Below, piece by piece: positions 9,549 through 17,932 of a DNA stretch of 64,000 bases. Both the position numbers and the translations under genes were made by a program. The stretch's first letter is position 1. The number at the start of each line of letters is the position of its first letter. The notes beneath the pieces were generated by a model. It saw only the letters and a list, made by a program, of their open reading frames with translations, was not told the origin of the DNA and did not search any database. The stretch is from contig JAIXQF010000004.1 of assembly GCA_027484085.1 (NCBI GenBank), forward strand, positions 70,162 through 134,161, in the 5' to 3' direction. This DNA is from Actinomycetales bacterium (GTDB taxonomy: Bacteria; Actinomycetota; Actinomycetes; S36-B12; UBA5976).

Positions 9549-10496
9549 TTGCAGGTGCCCGTGAGTAGTTCCGTAAAAACCAAAGTGGCTGTTGGTCTCG
9601 GAATCATGTACATAGCCTGGGGCACCACTTACATCGGTATTGCTTTCACCATTGAAACTATGCCGCCGCTGTTTTCAATGTCGTTCCGGTTCCTAGCGGC
9701 CAGTTTGGCATTATTTGTATTCATCGGTTTTCGAAGTGGTTGGGATGCGTTGCGACTTAGTCGTAAAGAGTTTTTGAACGCTGTTTTCTTGGGCACGTTA
9801 ATGCTTGGTGTCGGTTTGGGAACAATGGCGTTTGCAGAGAAGGTTGTACCGATTGGGGTTGCTTCGTTAATCGTTGCTGCCATGCCAATTTGGACTGCGC
9901 TGTTTCGCACCCTTGATCGCGACCGACCTAAACTCTCTTCGTTACTCGGAATCGGCGCTGGGCTAGTTGGAATTGGCATCATCATGCTGCCTGGCCAAAC
10001 CTTGGCGCGACCTGATTCTGATGGACAAAACGTCACGCTTTGGATGTTCATAATCTTGCTCGGAAACCTATGTTGGTCACTTGGTTCCTTCATTGCGCCC
10101 CGCATGGCCACGCCAAACAATCCCTTGGTGCTCAGCACTTATGAAATGGCTGGCGCCGCTCTTGCATTATTTATAGGTGGTCTGATTCATAAGGAATCCA
10201 TTGCAGACTTTATGGATGCTAGTGCTCGGTCTTGGGGTGGCTGGCTCTATTTGGTGTTAGTGGGTTCCTTGATTGGATACACCGTTTACACCTGGTTGCT
10301 GGAGAATGCGTCGATTACCTTGGTTTCAACTTACGCGTACGTTAATCCGGTCGTTGCAGTTGCACTTGGCATCATAATTTTCAACGAAAAGCTAACGCCT
10401 AACATTGTGATCGGTGGCCTGATAGTTATTGTCAGTGTTGCAATTGTCGTAGCTGTCGAATCTGCTAAAAAACAAACTCTTTTGCAAGCTCAATAA
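9549..10496 (+). CDS. EamA/DMT-family transporter
   Basis: About 10 predicted TM segments in two EamA-like halves. TTG/GTG start candidates at 9549-9561. Confidence 0.75.
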   Translation: MQVPVSSSVKTKVAVGLGIMYIAWGTTYIGIAFTIETMPPLFSMSFRFLAASLALFVFIGFRSGWDALRLSRKEFLNAVFLGTLMLGVGLGTMAFAEKVVPIGVASLIVAAMPIWTALFRTLDRDRPKLSSLLGIGAGLVGIGIIMLPGQTLARPDSDGQNVTLWMFIILLGNLCWSLGSFIAPRMATPNNPLVLSTYEMAGAALALFIGGLIHKESIADFMDASARSWGGWLYLVLVGSLIGYTVYTWLLENASITLVSTYAYVNPVVAVALGIIIFNEKLTPNIVIGGLIVIVSVAIVVAVESAKKQTLLQAQ

Positions 10497-11544
10497 CTCT
10501 CTCTAGAGCTGGGCGTTCTCCGACACTGATTCGGACACCTTCCCCTGGGAAGGGACGAATTGAAACGGCAATTCCTTCGCTTCGTAGTGCAAATTCTTCG
10601 GTTCGATCCCCTAGTGGTAACCACACGAAATTTGCTTGACTAGGCGCAAGCTTGAAACCAAGGTTTGACAATTCTGATTCAAACCAGGTTCGTTCCGCGA
10701 TTACTTCATCGACGCGTTTAAACAATTCGGTTTCATGTTCAAGGGACGCCACCGCGGCAACCTGCGCAATGTTGGAAACACCAAAAGGCACAGCAGTTTT
10801 GCGGACTGCCTCGGCTATGTTTTTAGGTCCCATAAAGTAGCCAACTCGCAAACCCGCAAGTCCATAAGCTTTGGAGAAAGTGCGCAATACTCCAACATTT
10901 GAGTTTGCTTTCATCGTGGCAATGCCATCGATCGCATTTACATCTCGGTTGAACTCAACGTAGGCCTCGTCGATTACAACCAAAACGTCCGTTGGTGCTG
11001 CTGCTAAAAACTCATTGATTTGTTCTTGGGTAACAATTCCACCAGTTGGGTTGTTTGGTGTGCACACAAATATTGCCCGCGTCTTTGGTGTTATCGCAGC
11101 CAGCATGCCCGCTAAGTCATGTTGTCCATCGGCGGTTAACGGTACTTGGATATTCTTTGCGCCCGCAATTGTTGTGATGATTGGGTAAGCCTCAAACGAT
11201 CGCCATGCGTAGATAACTTCGTCATCCGCGCCTGCTACTGCCTGGATTATTTGCTGACACACGCCAACGGAGCCGGTTCCGGTCGCAATCTGCTCTACGG
11301 GAACGTTGAACTTCTCTGACAATGCTTGATTCAGTTTGGTGGTGAAAGGGTCTGGGTAACGATTGATTTCATTAGCTGCATCGACTATTGCTGCCACGAC
11401 GCTTGGAAGTGGTGAATGAGCGATCTCATTGCTGGAAAGTTTGTATGCAGGTAAACCGTTGACAGGTTCTACTTTCTTTCCTGCTTTGTAAGTAGGAAGC
11501 TTTGCCATTTCAGGTCGAAGCTGTGGATTAATTGACTCGCTCAC
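10465..11544 (-). CDS. Class I/II aminotransferase (histidinol-phosphate/aromatic aminotransferase family)
   Basis: Motifs TPNNPTG and the PLP-lysine context SFSKAYGLAGLRVGY. 4-nt overlap with the upstream phosphatase gene. Confidence 0.85.
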   Translation of the reverse strand: MSESINPQLRPEMAKLPTYKAGKKVEPVNGLPAYKLSSNEIAHSPLPSVVAAIVDAANEINRYPDPFTTKLNQALSEKFNVPVEQIATGTGSVGVCQQIIQAVAGADDEVIYAWRSFEAYPIITTIAGAKNIQVPLTADGQHDLAGMLAAITPKTRAIFVCTPNNPTGGIVTQEQINEFLAAAPTDVLVVIDEAYVEFNRDVNAIDGIATMKANSNVGVLRTFSKAYGLAGLRVGYFMGPKNIAEAVRKTAVPFGVSNIAQVAAVASLEHETELFKRVDEVIAERTWFESELSNLGFKLAPSQANFVWLPLGDRTEEFALRSEGIAVSIRPFPGEGVRISVGERPALERVIELAKEFVF

Positions 11545-12680
11545 TCTCCGAGCCTACGACTAATTACAACAACTGACACATCATCACGATTCCAAGTAAC
11601 GGAATCTTGGCGCGCGGTTGAAACAATCAAATTTGTCAGTTCAGCTGAATTGCGTGATTTCTCACCTGAAACTACTGAGGCGACGAGACCTCTGGTTCCA
11701 AATTCTTCACCCTTTTCATCCTGGGTTTCAAGGAGTCCATCGGAAACTAAAACGATTCGGTCTCCGTCACTAAAAAATATTTCTTGACTCTCCCAGACTC
11801 CGCCAAATCCACCAAGCATTGGCCCAGTCGAATTGAGGCTCGTTATCAAGTGGTTCTCGTCAACCCAAAACCCAGGTGGGTGTCCAGCATTTACCCATTT
11901 AGTTGGAGCTTTTTTGTCGTTTGGAATTTCCAAAATCACCGCAGTGGCAAGCAGGGCATTCACATCTACTAATCCGGCTGAGACTCTTTCCATCACAGCA
12001 GGTGGGCTAAAACCTGCGGAAAGCGCGGCAGTCATGATCGCTTTTATCTGAAGTCCAACTACACCTGCCTCTGGTCCGTGCCCAGTAACGTCGACCATCG
12101 CAAGGGCGATTCCGTTTGGAGTTCTAATCAAATCCCACCAGTCACCGGCAATTGCACCGCTAGCTGGCAAAGTCTGACCTGCCACATCAATACCGAAATC
12201 TGTTGTGTCAATTGCAGTTGGTGAGAGTGCTTGTCGCATGGATGCGACAAGCGGTGCGTCTTGTTCAAGTCCTTGCCAAGCTGCGCGCGCCAAATCAATT
12301 TGGGCAACCAGATTTTGTCGCATCGACTCAGCATCCGCGGCCGCCAATTGAATCTCGGGTGGGTTAGCCACTTCGATCACTTGGTGGATAGTTCCGCTAG
12401 CAACCATCCGCAACTCAGTTCGCATTTCATCAAGCGGCGCTAGTACCCAGCGCTCCAAAAAAATCCAAGCAAGAACTAGTAGCAAAAGGCTGATAAAGAT
12501 TGAGACACTAAGTGCAGCTGACAGTTGATCTGCTACTTCATCCAACCTGATGTCTTGTGCGACGGACTCCGAAATCTCAGCGCGAGCATTTAAGTAAGCA
12601 AAGTGCTCCCAAACAGCTGCAGCCAATACCAACACCGCAAACAAAATTATGAAAACTTGAAGGCGGCGGCGTAGCGTCAT
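11541..12680 (-). CDS. Membrane HAMP-linked PP2C/SpoIIE-family phosphatase
   Basis: Two TM segments and a HAMP-like linker, then SpoIIE motifs GDWWD, DVTGHG, NAGHPP and VSDGL. Confidence 0.8.
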   Translation of the reverse strand: MTLRRRLQVFIILFAVLVLAAAVWEHFAYLNARAEISESVAQDIRLDEVADQLSAALSVSIFISLLLLVLAWIFLERWVLAPLDEMRTELRMVASGTIHQVIEVANPPEIQLAAADAESMRQNLVAQIDLARAAWQGLEQDAPLVASMRQALSPTAIDTTDFGIDVAGQTLPASGAIAGDWWDLIRTPNGIALAMVDVTGHGPEAGVVGLQIKAIMTAALSAGFSPPAVMERVSAGLVDVNALLATAVILEIPNDKKAPTKWVNAGHPPGFWVDENHLITSLNSTGPMLGGFGGVWESQEIFFSDGDRIVLVSDGLLETQDEKGEEFGTRGLVASVVSGEKSRNSAELTNLIVSTARQDSVTWNRDDVSVVVISRRLGE

Positions 12681-12715
12681 GATGAAATTCTAAGCGAGAA
12701 AAGCTAAGCGCTAAC

Positions 12716-14089
12716 TCAGGCTTTGGTTAGCTCTGCCATCGCAGCTGCAAAGAGTGAGCCGTGACGATCGACTTGTTCCTGAGTTGTAGTTGGACACATC
12801 AATGCCATGTTGTGAAACGGAGTCATCAACACACCACGGTTGCACATATACAAGTGCATAAACTCATCTAGCTCGTCATCACCAGCATGCATTGATTCTG
12901 TGCCAGTTTTTGGTGCTGGGTAAGTAAAGCGATATTCAGCTCGCGCGCCTAACTGAGAAATTGACCATGGCACCCCGTACTCATCAAGTGCGGCATTAAC
13001 TTGATCGGTGTAACGCGTCGCTAATTGAATCATGTGGTCAAAAGCTTGCTCAGTTAAAACTTCACCGAGGGTAGCCCGCATGGCTGCTAATGACAACGCA
13101 TTTCCAGCAAGTGTGCCGCCAACACCGCCGACATCTAGCAGGTCTGCTTCGGTATGAGAATTAATCAAGTCAACGACTTCTTGCTTGAAGCCGTAGGCAC
13201 CTGATGGAATTCCAGCTCCAATACTTTTGCCGATAACAAAAATGTCTGGATCTAAATTGTACCGACGCGTCATTCCGCCATAACCTGCAGAAATTGTGTG
13301 GGTTTCGTCGATCATTAGAAGCGCGCCATACTTGGTAGCAAGTTCGCGCATGCCATCTAGATAACCAGGTTCCGGAAGAACGATTCCGATATTGGTTAGT
13401 GCTGGTTCGGTCAAGATTGCAGCGACATCGCCGTGCTTAAGCGCAGCTTCTAAAGCTGGCAAGTCATTAAACTCAACAACTCGAGTGGTTTGATCGATTG
13501 CAACAGGTGGCGCTACGTTTCCGGGACGGATAACGGTGTTGCCGGCCTCATCAAGTACGCCGAAAGCTTCGTCAACTGAGCCGTGATAGCAATATGAAAA
13601 AACCAAAATTTTGCTTTTGCCAGTTGCAAGTCTGGCAAGCCTGATTGCCCAGCGGTTTGCATCCGTTGCGGAAACTGTGAAGGACCACAGCGGAACTCCA
13701 AATCGGCGAGTTAACTCAGCTCCTACCCATTGCGCATCTTCGGTGGGCATCATTGTGGTTATGCCACCCAGATCTTGAATCCGGTCAATTATGGCTTTAA
13801 CGCTGGCATCAGGTGAGTGCCCTGACATGGCTGCAGTATCACCGAGTGCGAAATCAATGTAGTCATGGCCATCAACATCGGTGATTATGTTTCCTTTTGC
13901 TCCCTGCATGTAAAGCGGGAAGCCACCGACCCATTTATTCATCCATGGCATTGGTACGCCACCAAACAAATTCTTAGCATCTTTGTAAAGCGCTAAAGAT
14001 TTTTGGTGAGTCTCGCGATACGTGGTGCGCTCGCGTTCAAGCAGTGAAACTAAATGGTCACGATCTAATTGGGTTGATCTGTTGGACAT
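12716..14089 (-). CDS. Class III aminotransferase (glutamate-1-semialdehyde aminomutase-like paralogue)
   Basis: 457-aa ORF with a fold-type I class III pattern (DFALGDTAAMSGH, MIDETHT, PLP-lysine context VIGKSIGAG). Substrate unknown. Confidence 0.8.
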   Translation of the reverse strand: MSNRSTQLDRDHLVSLLERERTTYRETHQKSLALYKDAKNLFGGVPMPWMNKWVGGFPLYMQGAKGNIITDVDGHDYIDFALGDTAAMSGHSPDASVKAIIDRIQDLGGITTMMPTEDAQWVGAELTRRFGVPLWSFTVSATDANRWAIRLARLATGKSKILVFSYCYHGSVDEAFGVLDEAGNTVIRPGNVAPPVAIDQTTRVVEFNDLPALEAALKHGDVAAILTEPALTNIGIVLPEPGYLDGMRELATKYGALLMIDETHTISAGYGGMTRRYNLDPDIFVIGKSIGAGIPSGAYGFKQEVVDLINSHTEADLLDVGGVGGTLAGNALSLAAMRATLGEVLTEQAFDHMIQLATRYTDQVNAALDEYGVPWSISQLGARAEYRFTYPAPKTGTESMHAGDDELDEFMHLYMCNRGVLMTPFHNMALMCPTTTQEQVDRHGSLFAAAMAELTKA

Positions 14090-14117
14090 AATTTGATTCT
14101 TTCAGAGAAAGCAAAAA

Positions 14118-15482
14118 TTACGAGGTAGCCATGTCAACAAAACGGCTGTAATGGCCTTGGAATGCAACGGTTACCGTTCCAGTTGGACCATTACGATGCT
14201 TTGCCAAAATAAAGTCAGCTTCGCCTGCGCGTGGTGATTCTCGTTCGTAAACATCTTCACGATGAAGTAATACAACCATGTCAGCATCTTGCTCGAGCGA
14301 TCCAGATTCACGAAGGTCAGAAAGCATTGGTCGCTTATCTTGGCGCTGTTCTGGACCACGGTTTAGCTGGCTGATTGCGATGACCGGAATTTCTAGTTCT
14401 TTGGCGAGAAGCTTTAGAGAACGAGAGAATTCAGAAACTTCAACTTGGCGACTTTCTACTTTTTTGCCAGAGGACATAAGTTGCAAATAATCGATGATCA
14501 AAAGTTTCAAATCAAAACGCTGCTTTAGCCGACGAGCTTTAGCGCGAATTTCCATCATTGTCATATTTGGTGAGTCATCAATAAACAATGGTGCTTCGTT
14601 TACCTGTCCCATTTTGTTTGCAAGTCTGCCCCAGTCTGCATCGCTTAGTGTGCCAGCGCGCATATGATTCAGTCCCACTTGTGCTTCCGCAGAAAGTAGT
14701 CGCATGACGATTTCGTTACGACTCATTTCAAGTGAGAAGATTGCCGAAGTTAAATTGTTTTTGATGCTTGCAGATCGAGCAAGATCTAAACCTAATGTTG
14801 ACTTACCAATTGCCGGACGAGCTGCAACGATGATTAATTGCCCAGCATGAAGTCCGTGAGTAATTGCATCGAGTTCTTGGAAGCCGGTTGGGACTCCAAC
14901 TAGTTGTCCACCTCTGCCTTCGATGGCTTCGATTTCCGAAAGTGTCTGCGGCATGATTTCAGATAGCGGCGCGTAATCTTCAGAAGTTCTGCGACCAGTT
15001 ACTTCGTAAACTTCAGCTTGCGCACGATCAACAAGTAGATCTACTTCAGCATCACCGGCGTAACCCATTTGTGCGATCTTTGTTCCGGCGTCAACAAGTC
15101 GACGAAGAATTGCTCGCTCGGTAACAATGCGCGCGTAGTAAGAACCGTTTGCAGCAGTTGGAACACTGGCTACCAAAGTGTGAAGGTAGCCCGCGCCGCC
15201 AACATTTCCAAGCGAACCTGATTTGCTCAAATAGTTCGCAACCGTAATTGCATCAGCTGGTTCACCGCGACCATAAATGTCCAAGATCGCGCCATAGATT
15301 GTGGCGTGAGCTGGCTTATAGAAATCGATCTCTCGAAGACTTTCGATCACATCGGCAATTGCGTCTTTGCTTAGTAGCATCGCGCCTAAAACTGATTGCT
15401 CGGCAACGATGTCCTGTGGTGGAACTAATGCGCCATCTTCTTCATAACTGCGGGGAAATTCCGCGACGCTCATGTAATCCAC
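14118..15482 (-). CDS. dnaB: Replicative DNA helicase DnaB
   Basis: N-terminal DnaB domain (PPQDIVAEQSVLGAML), Walker A ARPAIGKST, and IIDYLQLM. At 454 aa the length leaves no room for an intein. Confidence 0.96.
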   Translation of the reverse strand: MDYMSVAEFPRSYEEDGALVPPQDIVAEQSVLGAMLLSKDAIADVIESLREIDFYKPAHATIYGAILDIYGRGEPADAITVANYLSKSGSLGNVGGAGYLHTLVASVPTAANGSYYARIVTERAILRRLVDAGTKIAQMGYAGDAEVDLLVDRAQAEVYEVTGRRTSEDYAPLSEIMPQTLSEIEAIEGRGGQLVGVPTGFQELDAITHGLHAGQLIIVAARPAIGKSTLGLDLARSASIKNNLTSAIFSLEMSRNEIVMRLLSAEAQVGLNHMRAGTLSDADWGRLANKMGQVNEAPLFIDDSPNMTMMEIRAKARRLKQRFDLKLLIIDYLQLMSSGKKVESRQVEVSEFSRSLKLLAKELEIPVIAISQLNRGPEQRQDKRPMLSDLRESGSLEQDADMVVLLHREDVYERESPRAGEADFILAKHRNGPTGTVTVAFQGHYSRFVDMATS

Positions 15483-15561
15483 CTTTTCGTGCCGAGTTAA
15501 TACCTGTTACAACCAGGTGTTATTGACTGTATGTCCCTGGGCTGACAGAAACAATGGCCCC

Positions 15562-15660
15562 TGTGGATAACTAAGTGGACAAACTGGGGAAAACCGCCGA
15601 AACAATGGGTATTTGGTTGGGGATATCCTGTGTGGATAGCCGATGTTTATCTGTGGATAT
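15562..15660. promoter_or_regulatory. Cluster of four co-oriented DnaA-box-like 9-mers upstream of dnaB
   Basis: TGTGGATAA 15562-15570 (perfect complement of TTATCCACA), AGTGGACAA 15574-15582, TGTGGATAG 15631-15639, TGTGGATAT 15652-15660. These lie 80-178 nt upstream of the dnaB start. Confidence 0.5.
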
Positions 15661-15716
15661 CCTTATTTATCAGGGTTTTTGGCTGAATCTGCCTGTGGGC
15701 AAAAAGTATTTACCAA

Positions 15717-16958
15717 TTATTTTTCGCTTGTTATTGAAGTTCCGTCTTGAACCGGACTTAGCACCTTCTTCAACCGCATTGTTAGCACGGCGGCAAAAAT
15801 TTGCCCGAGAACTATTAGTCCTATCCAAGCGGCTACAAATTCAAATTGCAGCATGAATCCAGAGATAGCTGGGCCGGCGGCACTGGCGAATACCCAAACC
15901 AAGCCATCTACCGAGTTGTATCGGCCTCGTAAGTTTTCTGGTGCCAGTTGGTTAGTCAGGGTTGGACCGATAGATGACCAAATCATTTCTCCAACGGCAA
16001 AGACTCCGATGCCAATGGCTGTCAGAATGAATGTTGCTGTCGGCGGTAGCGAAATACTAAATCCAATCATCAACCACGAAGCTGCCCAAATCAATGACAC
16101 CAAAGAAAGTAGTCGGATTCGACTGCGACCTTCAAGACGATTGATCACGAAAAGTTGTCCAAGAACTATAACGCCGGTGTTGACTGCCCAAATCGGACCG
16201 AGCGCCTTGACGGATAGGTCACCAAACAAAGTAAGTAGCGCTGGTAGGCCTGCCTCGAGTGAGGCATATCCGAAAATGATCATAAACAGTTTTGCCAAAG
16301 TTAAGCGCATAAATTTATGGTCGGAAACTATTTGCCGATAGCCACCATCGTTTTCAATTTCATCTTGAGTTTTTGCAATCGGTCCGCCAACGCCACGAAG
16401 CGAAAGGATGAATGCGAAGAAAATCAAAAATGTAAACGCGTCAATTACGTATAGTCGGGTGAAGCTTGCTGGATCATCAACGTTGACGATTACTGAACTA
16501 AATATTCCACCCAAACCTAAACCCAAATTCAACATCATGAATTGCAGGCCAAAAAACTTTGGCCTAAATTTCTCGTTAACCATTCGGGCCATCATTGTGG
16601 TTTGTGGTGGCCAGATTGCTGAATGGCCTAAGGATGCCAACGCGCCAACCATGATTGCGCTCTTTACATCAGTAACAAAAATCCAAAGCAGTGTTGCGGT
16701 GGCTTCGATCAATATCGCGAACAGCATGATTCTGCGTGGGCCAAACTTATCGACGAGATGACCGATGATTGGCGCGTAAACCAATCCAGTAACTGCCATC
16801 CAAGAAAGAATTAAGGAAGCTCCGACGAGCGATATTCCTCGTACTTGATTTAAATAAATAACCAAGACTGGGAGAGTTAATCCACCACCAAGTGAATTCA
16901 GTAATGCACCAGCGAGGAAGCGTTTAACTTCTGGTGAGGCGGAGCGCAGATCGTTCAT
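15717..16958 (-). CDS. MFS transporter
   Basis: 413-aa ORF with about 12 TM segments and an MFS-like loop (GHLVDKFGPRR). Confidence 0.8.
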   Translation of the reverse strand: MNDLRSASPEVKRFLAGALLNSLGGGLTLPVLVIYLNQVRGISLVGASLILSWMAVTGLVYAPIIGHLVDKFGPRRIMLFAILIEATATLLWIFVTDVKSAIMVGALASLGHSAIWPPQTTMMARMVNEKFRPKFFGLQFMMLNLGLGLGGIFSSVIVNVDDPASFTRLYVIDAFTFLIFFAFILSLRGVGGPIAKTQDEIENDGGYRQIVSDHKFMRLTLAKLFMIIFGYASLEAGLPALLTLFGDLSVKALGPIWAVNTGVIVLGQLFVINRLEGRSRIRLLSLVSLIWAASWLMIGFSISLPPTATFILTAIGIGVFAVGEMIWSSIGPTLTNQLAPENLRGRYNSVDGLVWVFASAAGPAISGFMLQFEFVAAWIGLIVLGQIFAAVLTMRLKKVLSPVQDGTSITSEK

Positions 16959-17000
16959 GCTGATACTTTCCAGAGTTTTTATAGTTTGGTTTCAAGTCGG

Positions 17001-17042
17001 TATTCACAAACAAAAGTGGAGGTAGTAAAACTACCTCCACTT
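17001..17042 (-). terminator. Intrinsic terminator after tRNA-Ala
   Basis: Perfect 12-bp stem AAGTGGAGGTAG (17014-17025) / CTACCTCCACTT (17031-17042) with a 5-nt loop. On the minus strand it is followed by TTTTGTTTGTG. Confidence 0.65.
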
Positions 17043-17047
17043 GATTG

Positions 17048-17120
17048 TGGAGAATAGGGGACTCGAACCCCTAACCCCTGCCTTGCAAAGGCAGTGCTCT
17101 ACCAATTGAGCTAATTCCCC
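17048..17120 (-). tRNA. tRNA-Ala (anticodon TGC)
   Basis: Reverse complement GGGGAATTAGCTCAATTGGTAGAGCACTGCCTTTGCAAGGCAGGGGTTAGGGGTTCGAGTCCCCTATTCTCCA folds as a cloverleaf. It has the G3:U70 Ala identity pair and the anticodon loop TTTGCAA. CCA is not encoded. Confidence 0.93.
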
Positions 17121-17143
17121 GGCGGTAAAACCGTAAACAAAAT

Positions 17144-17257
17144 CTACTCTGAAGTAGCCTGTGTCCACAATTCTTGCTCGGCTTTACTGTTTTCAGCCTG
17201 TTGATAGATAACGTAACCAGCAACAGCTAGCAGTGCTAGCGATAGTAGTTTTTTCAT
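17144..17257 (-). CDS. 37-aa small membrane-anchored peptide between tRNA-Ile and tRNA-Ala (DLW-39-like)
   Basis: Hand translation gives MKKLLSLALLAVAGYVIYQQAENSKAEQELWTQATSE. SD GGAAAGGA lies 6 nt upstream of the ATG at 17257, and the TAG stop is at 17146-17144. Not in the ORF track because it is under 60 aa. Confidence 0.6.
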   Translation of the reverse strand: MKKLLSLALLAVAGYVIYQQAENSKAEQELWTQATSE

Positions 17258-17289
17258 TACCTATCCTTTCCTTGACTTAAAACCGTGCG

Positions 17290-17364
17290 TGGGCCCAGGT
17301 GGACTTGAACCACCGACCTCTTCGTTATCAGCGAAGCGCTCTAACCAAGCTGAGCTATGGGCCC
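17290..17364 (-). tRNA. tRNA-Ile (anticodon GAT)
   Basis: Reverse complement GGGCCCATAGCTCAGCTTGGTTAGAGCGCTTCGCTGATAACGAAGAGGTCGGTGGTTCAAGTCCACCTGGGCCCA. Anticodon loop CTGATAA and the T-loop GGTTCAAGTCC. Confidence 0.93.
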
Positions 17365-17452
17365 TGATTTATTGCGTTTTCTTCAGTTGCTCCTATTTCT
17401 AGGCGCGAGTTAAGAGGTTACCTTAAAGCGGGCATTCACCCAAAATGAAAGG

Positions 17453-17932
17453 TTAGCCCCGGTCAATAAAGGTGTACTCGATGCCGCCCGTGAACCCAAC
17501 ACTTAAGTTGTAAAGGGTGGCAAAAAGTGTGGAAAGTACGGTCAAAAGCACAATTTCGATCGCTGAAATAACCATTGTTAGACCCAGTAAGCGACCTAGC
17601 GACAGGATGCTGATACCAGAGCCAGTGCTTCCAGAAGCGTCACTCCACAGACTTGTAACTGCCTCAAAAACTCCAGCGGCTGAGAGCAAAACCCAGAGCA
17701 CGGTAATCGCAACTAATAAAACGCCCGCAATTGTTACCCCTAAGACGAAGGCGCCTTTAGCGACTGACCAAGGATCAACGTGAGTTAGATGCAGTCTTAC
17801 CTGCCGAAGTGGTGCCTGCGGTTCAACTGGTTCTTGGACAGCAAAAGACTCATCGTTTGCCTTAAGCGGGTTCTTGAAGAAATTTCGCTTTGTTGGCTGA
17901 TCGTCATTTAAGTCGATGTCGATGTCAGACAC
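17453..17932 (-). CDS. DUF3566-like membrane protein (Rv0007 position)
   Basis: Acidic N-terminus then TM segments. GTG start directly abuts the gyrA stop. Conserved position between gyrA and tRNA-Ile in Actinobacteria. Confidence 0.7.
   Translation of the reverse strand: MSDIDIDLNDDQPTKRNFFKNPLKANDESFAVQEPVEPQAPLRQVRLHLTHVDPWSVAKGAFVLGVTIAGVLLVAITVLWVLLSAAGVFEAVTSLWSDASGSTGSGISILSLGRLLGLTMVISAIEIVLLTVLSTLFATLYNLSVGFTGGIEYTFIDRG

Noticed and set aside
9629-10138. 169-aa ORF antisense to the EamA transporter. Similar long antisense ORFs occur at 17916-18371, 24995-25444, 30042-30506, 15853-16341 and 3014-3403.
   Set aside because: Each lies entirely opposite a gene with strong family motifs. 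Their translations are low-complexity, Ser/Pro/Arg/Ala-rich and lack recognisable domains. These are typical shadow ORFs.
15575-15856. 93-aa plus-strand ORF starting in the dnaB upstream spacer.
   Set aside because: It runs through the DnaA-box cluster and then antisense into the MFS gene 3' end. It has no RBS, and the translated sequence looks random.
17048-17364. Checked whether the tRNA pair marks an integration site for a genomic island.
   Set aside because: There is no integrase, no direct repeat of a tRNA 3' end and no compositional break visible nearby. The flanking genes (DUF3566/gyrA and MFS/dnaB) are core genes in conserved order.
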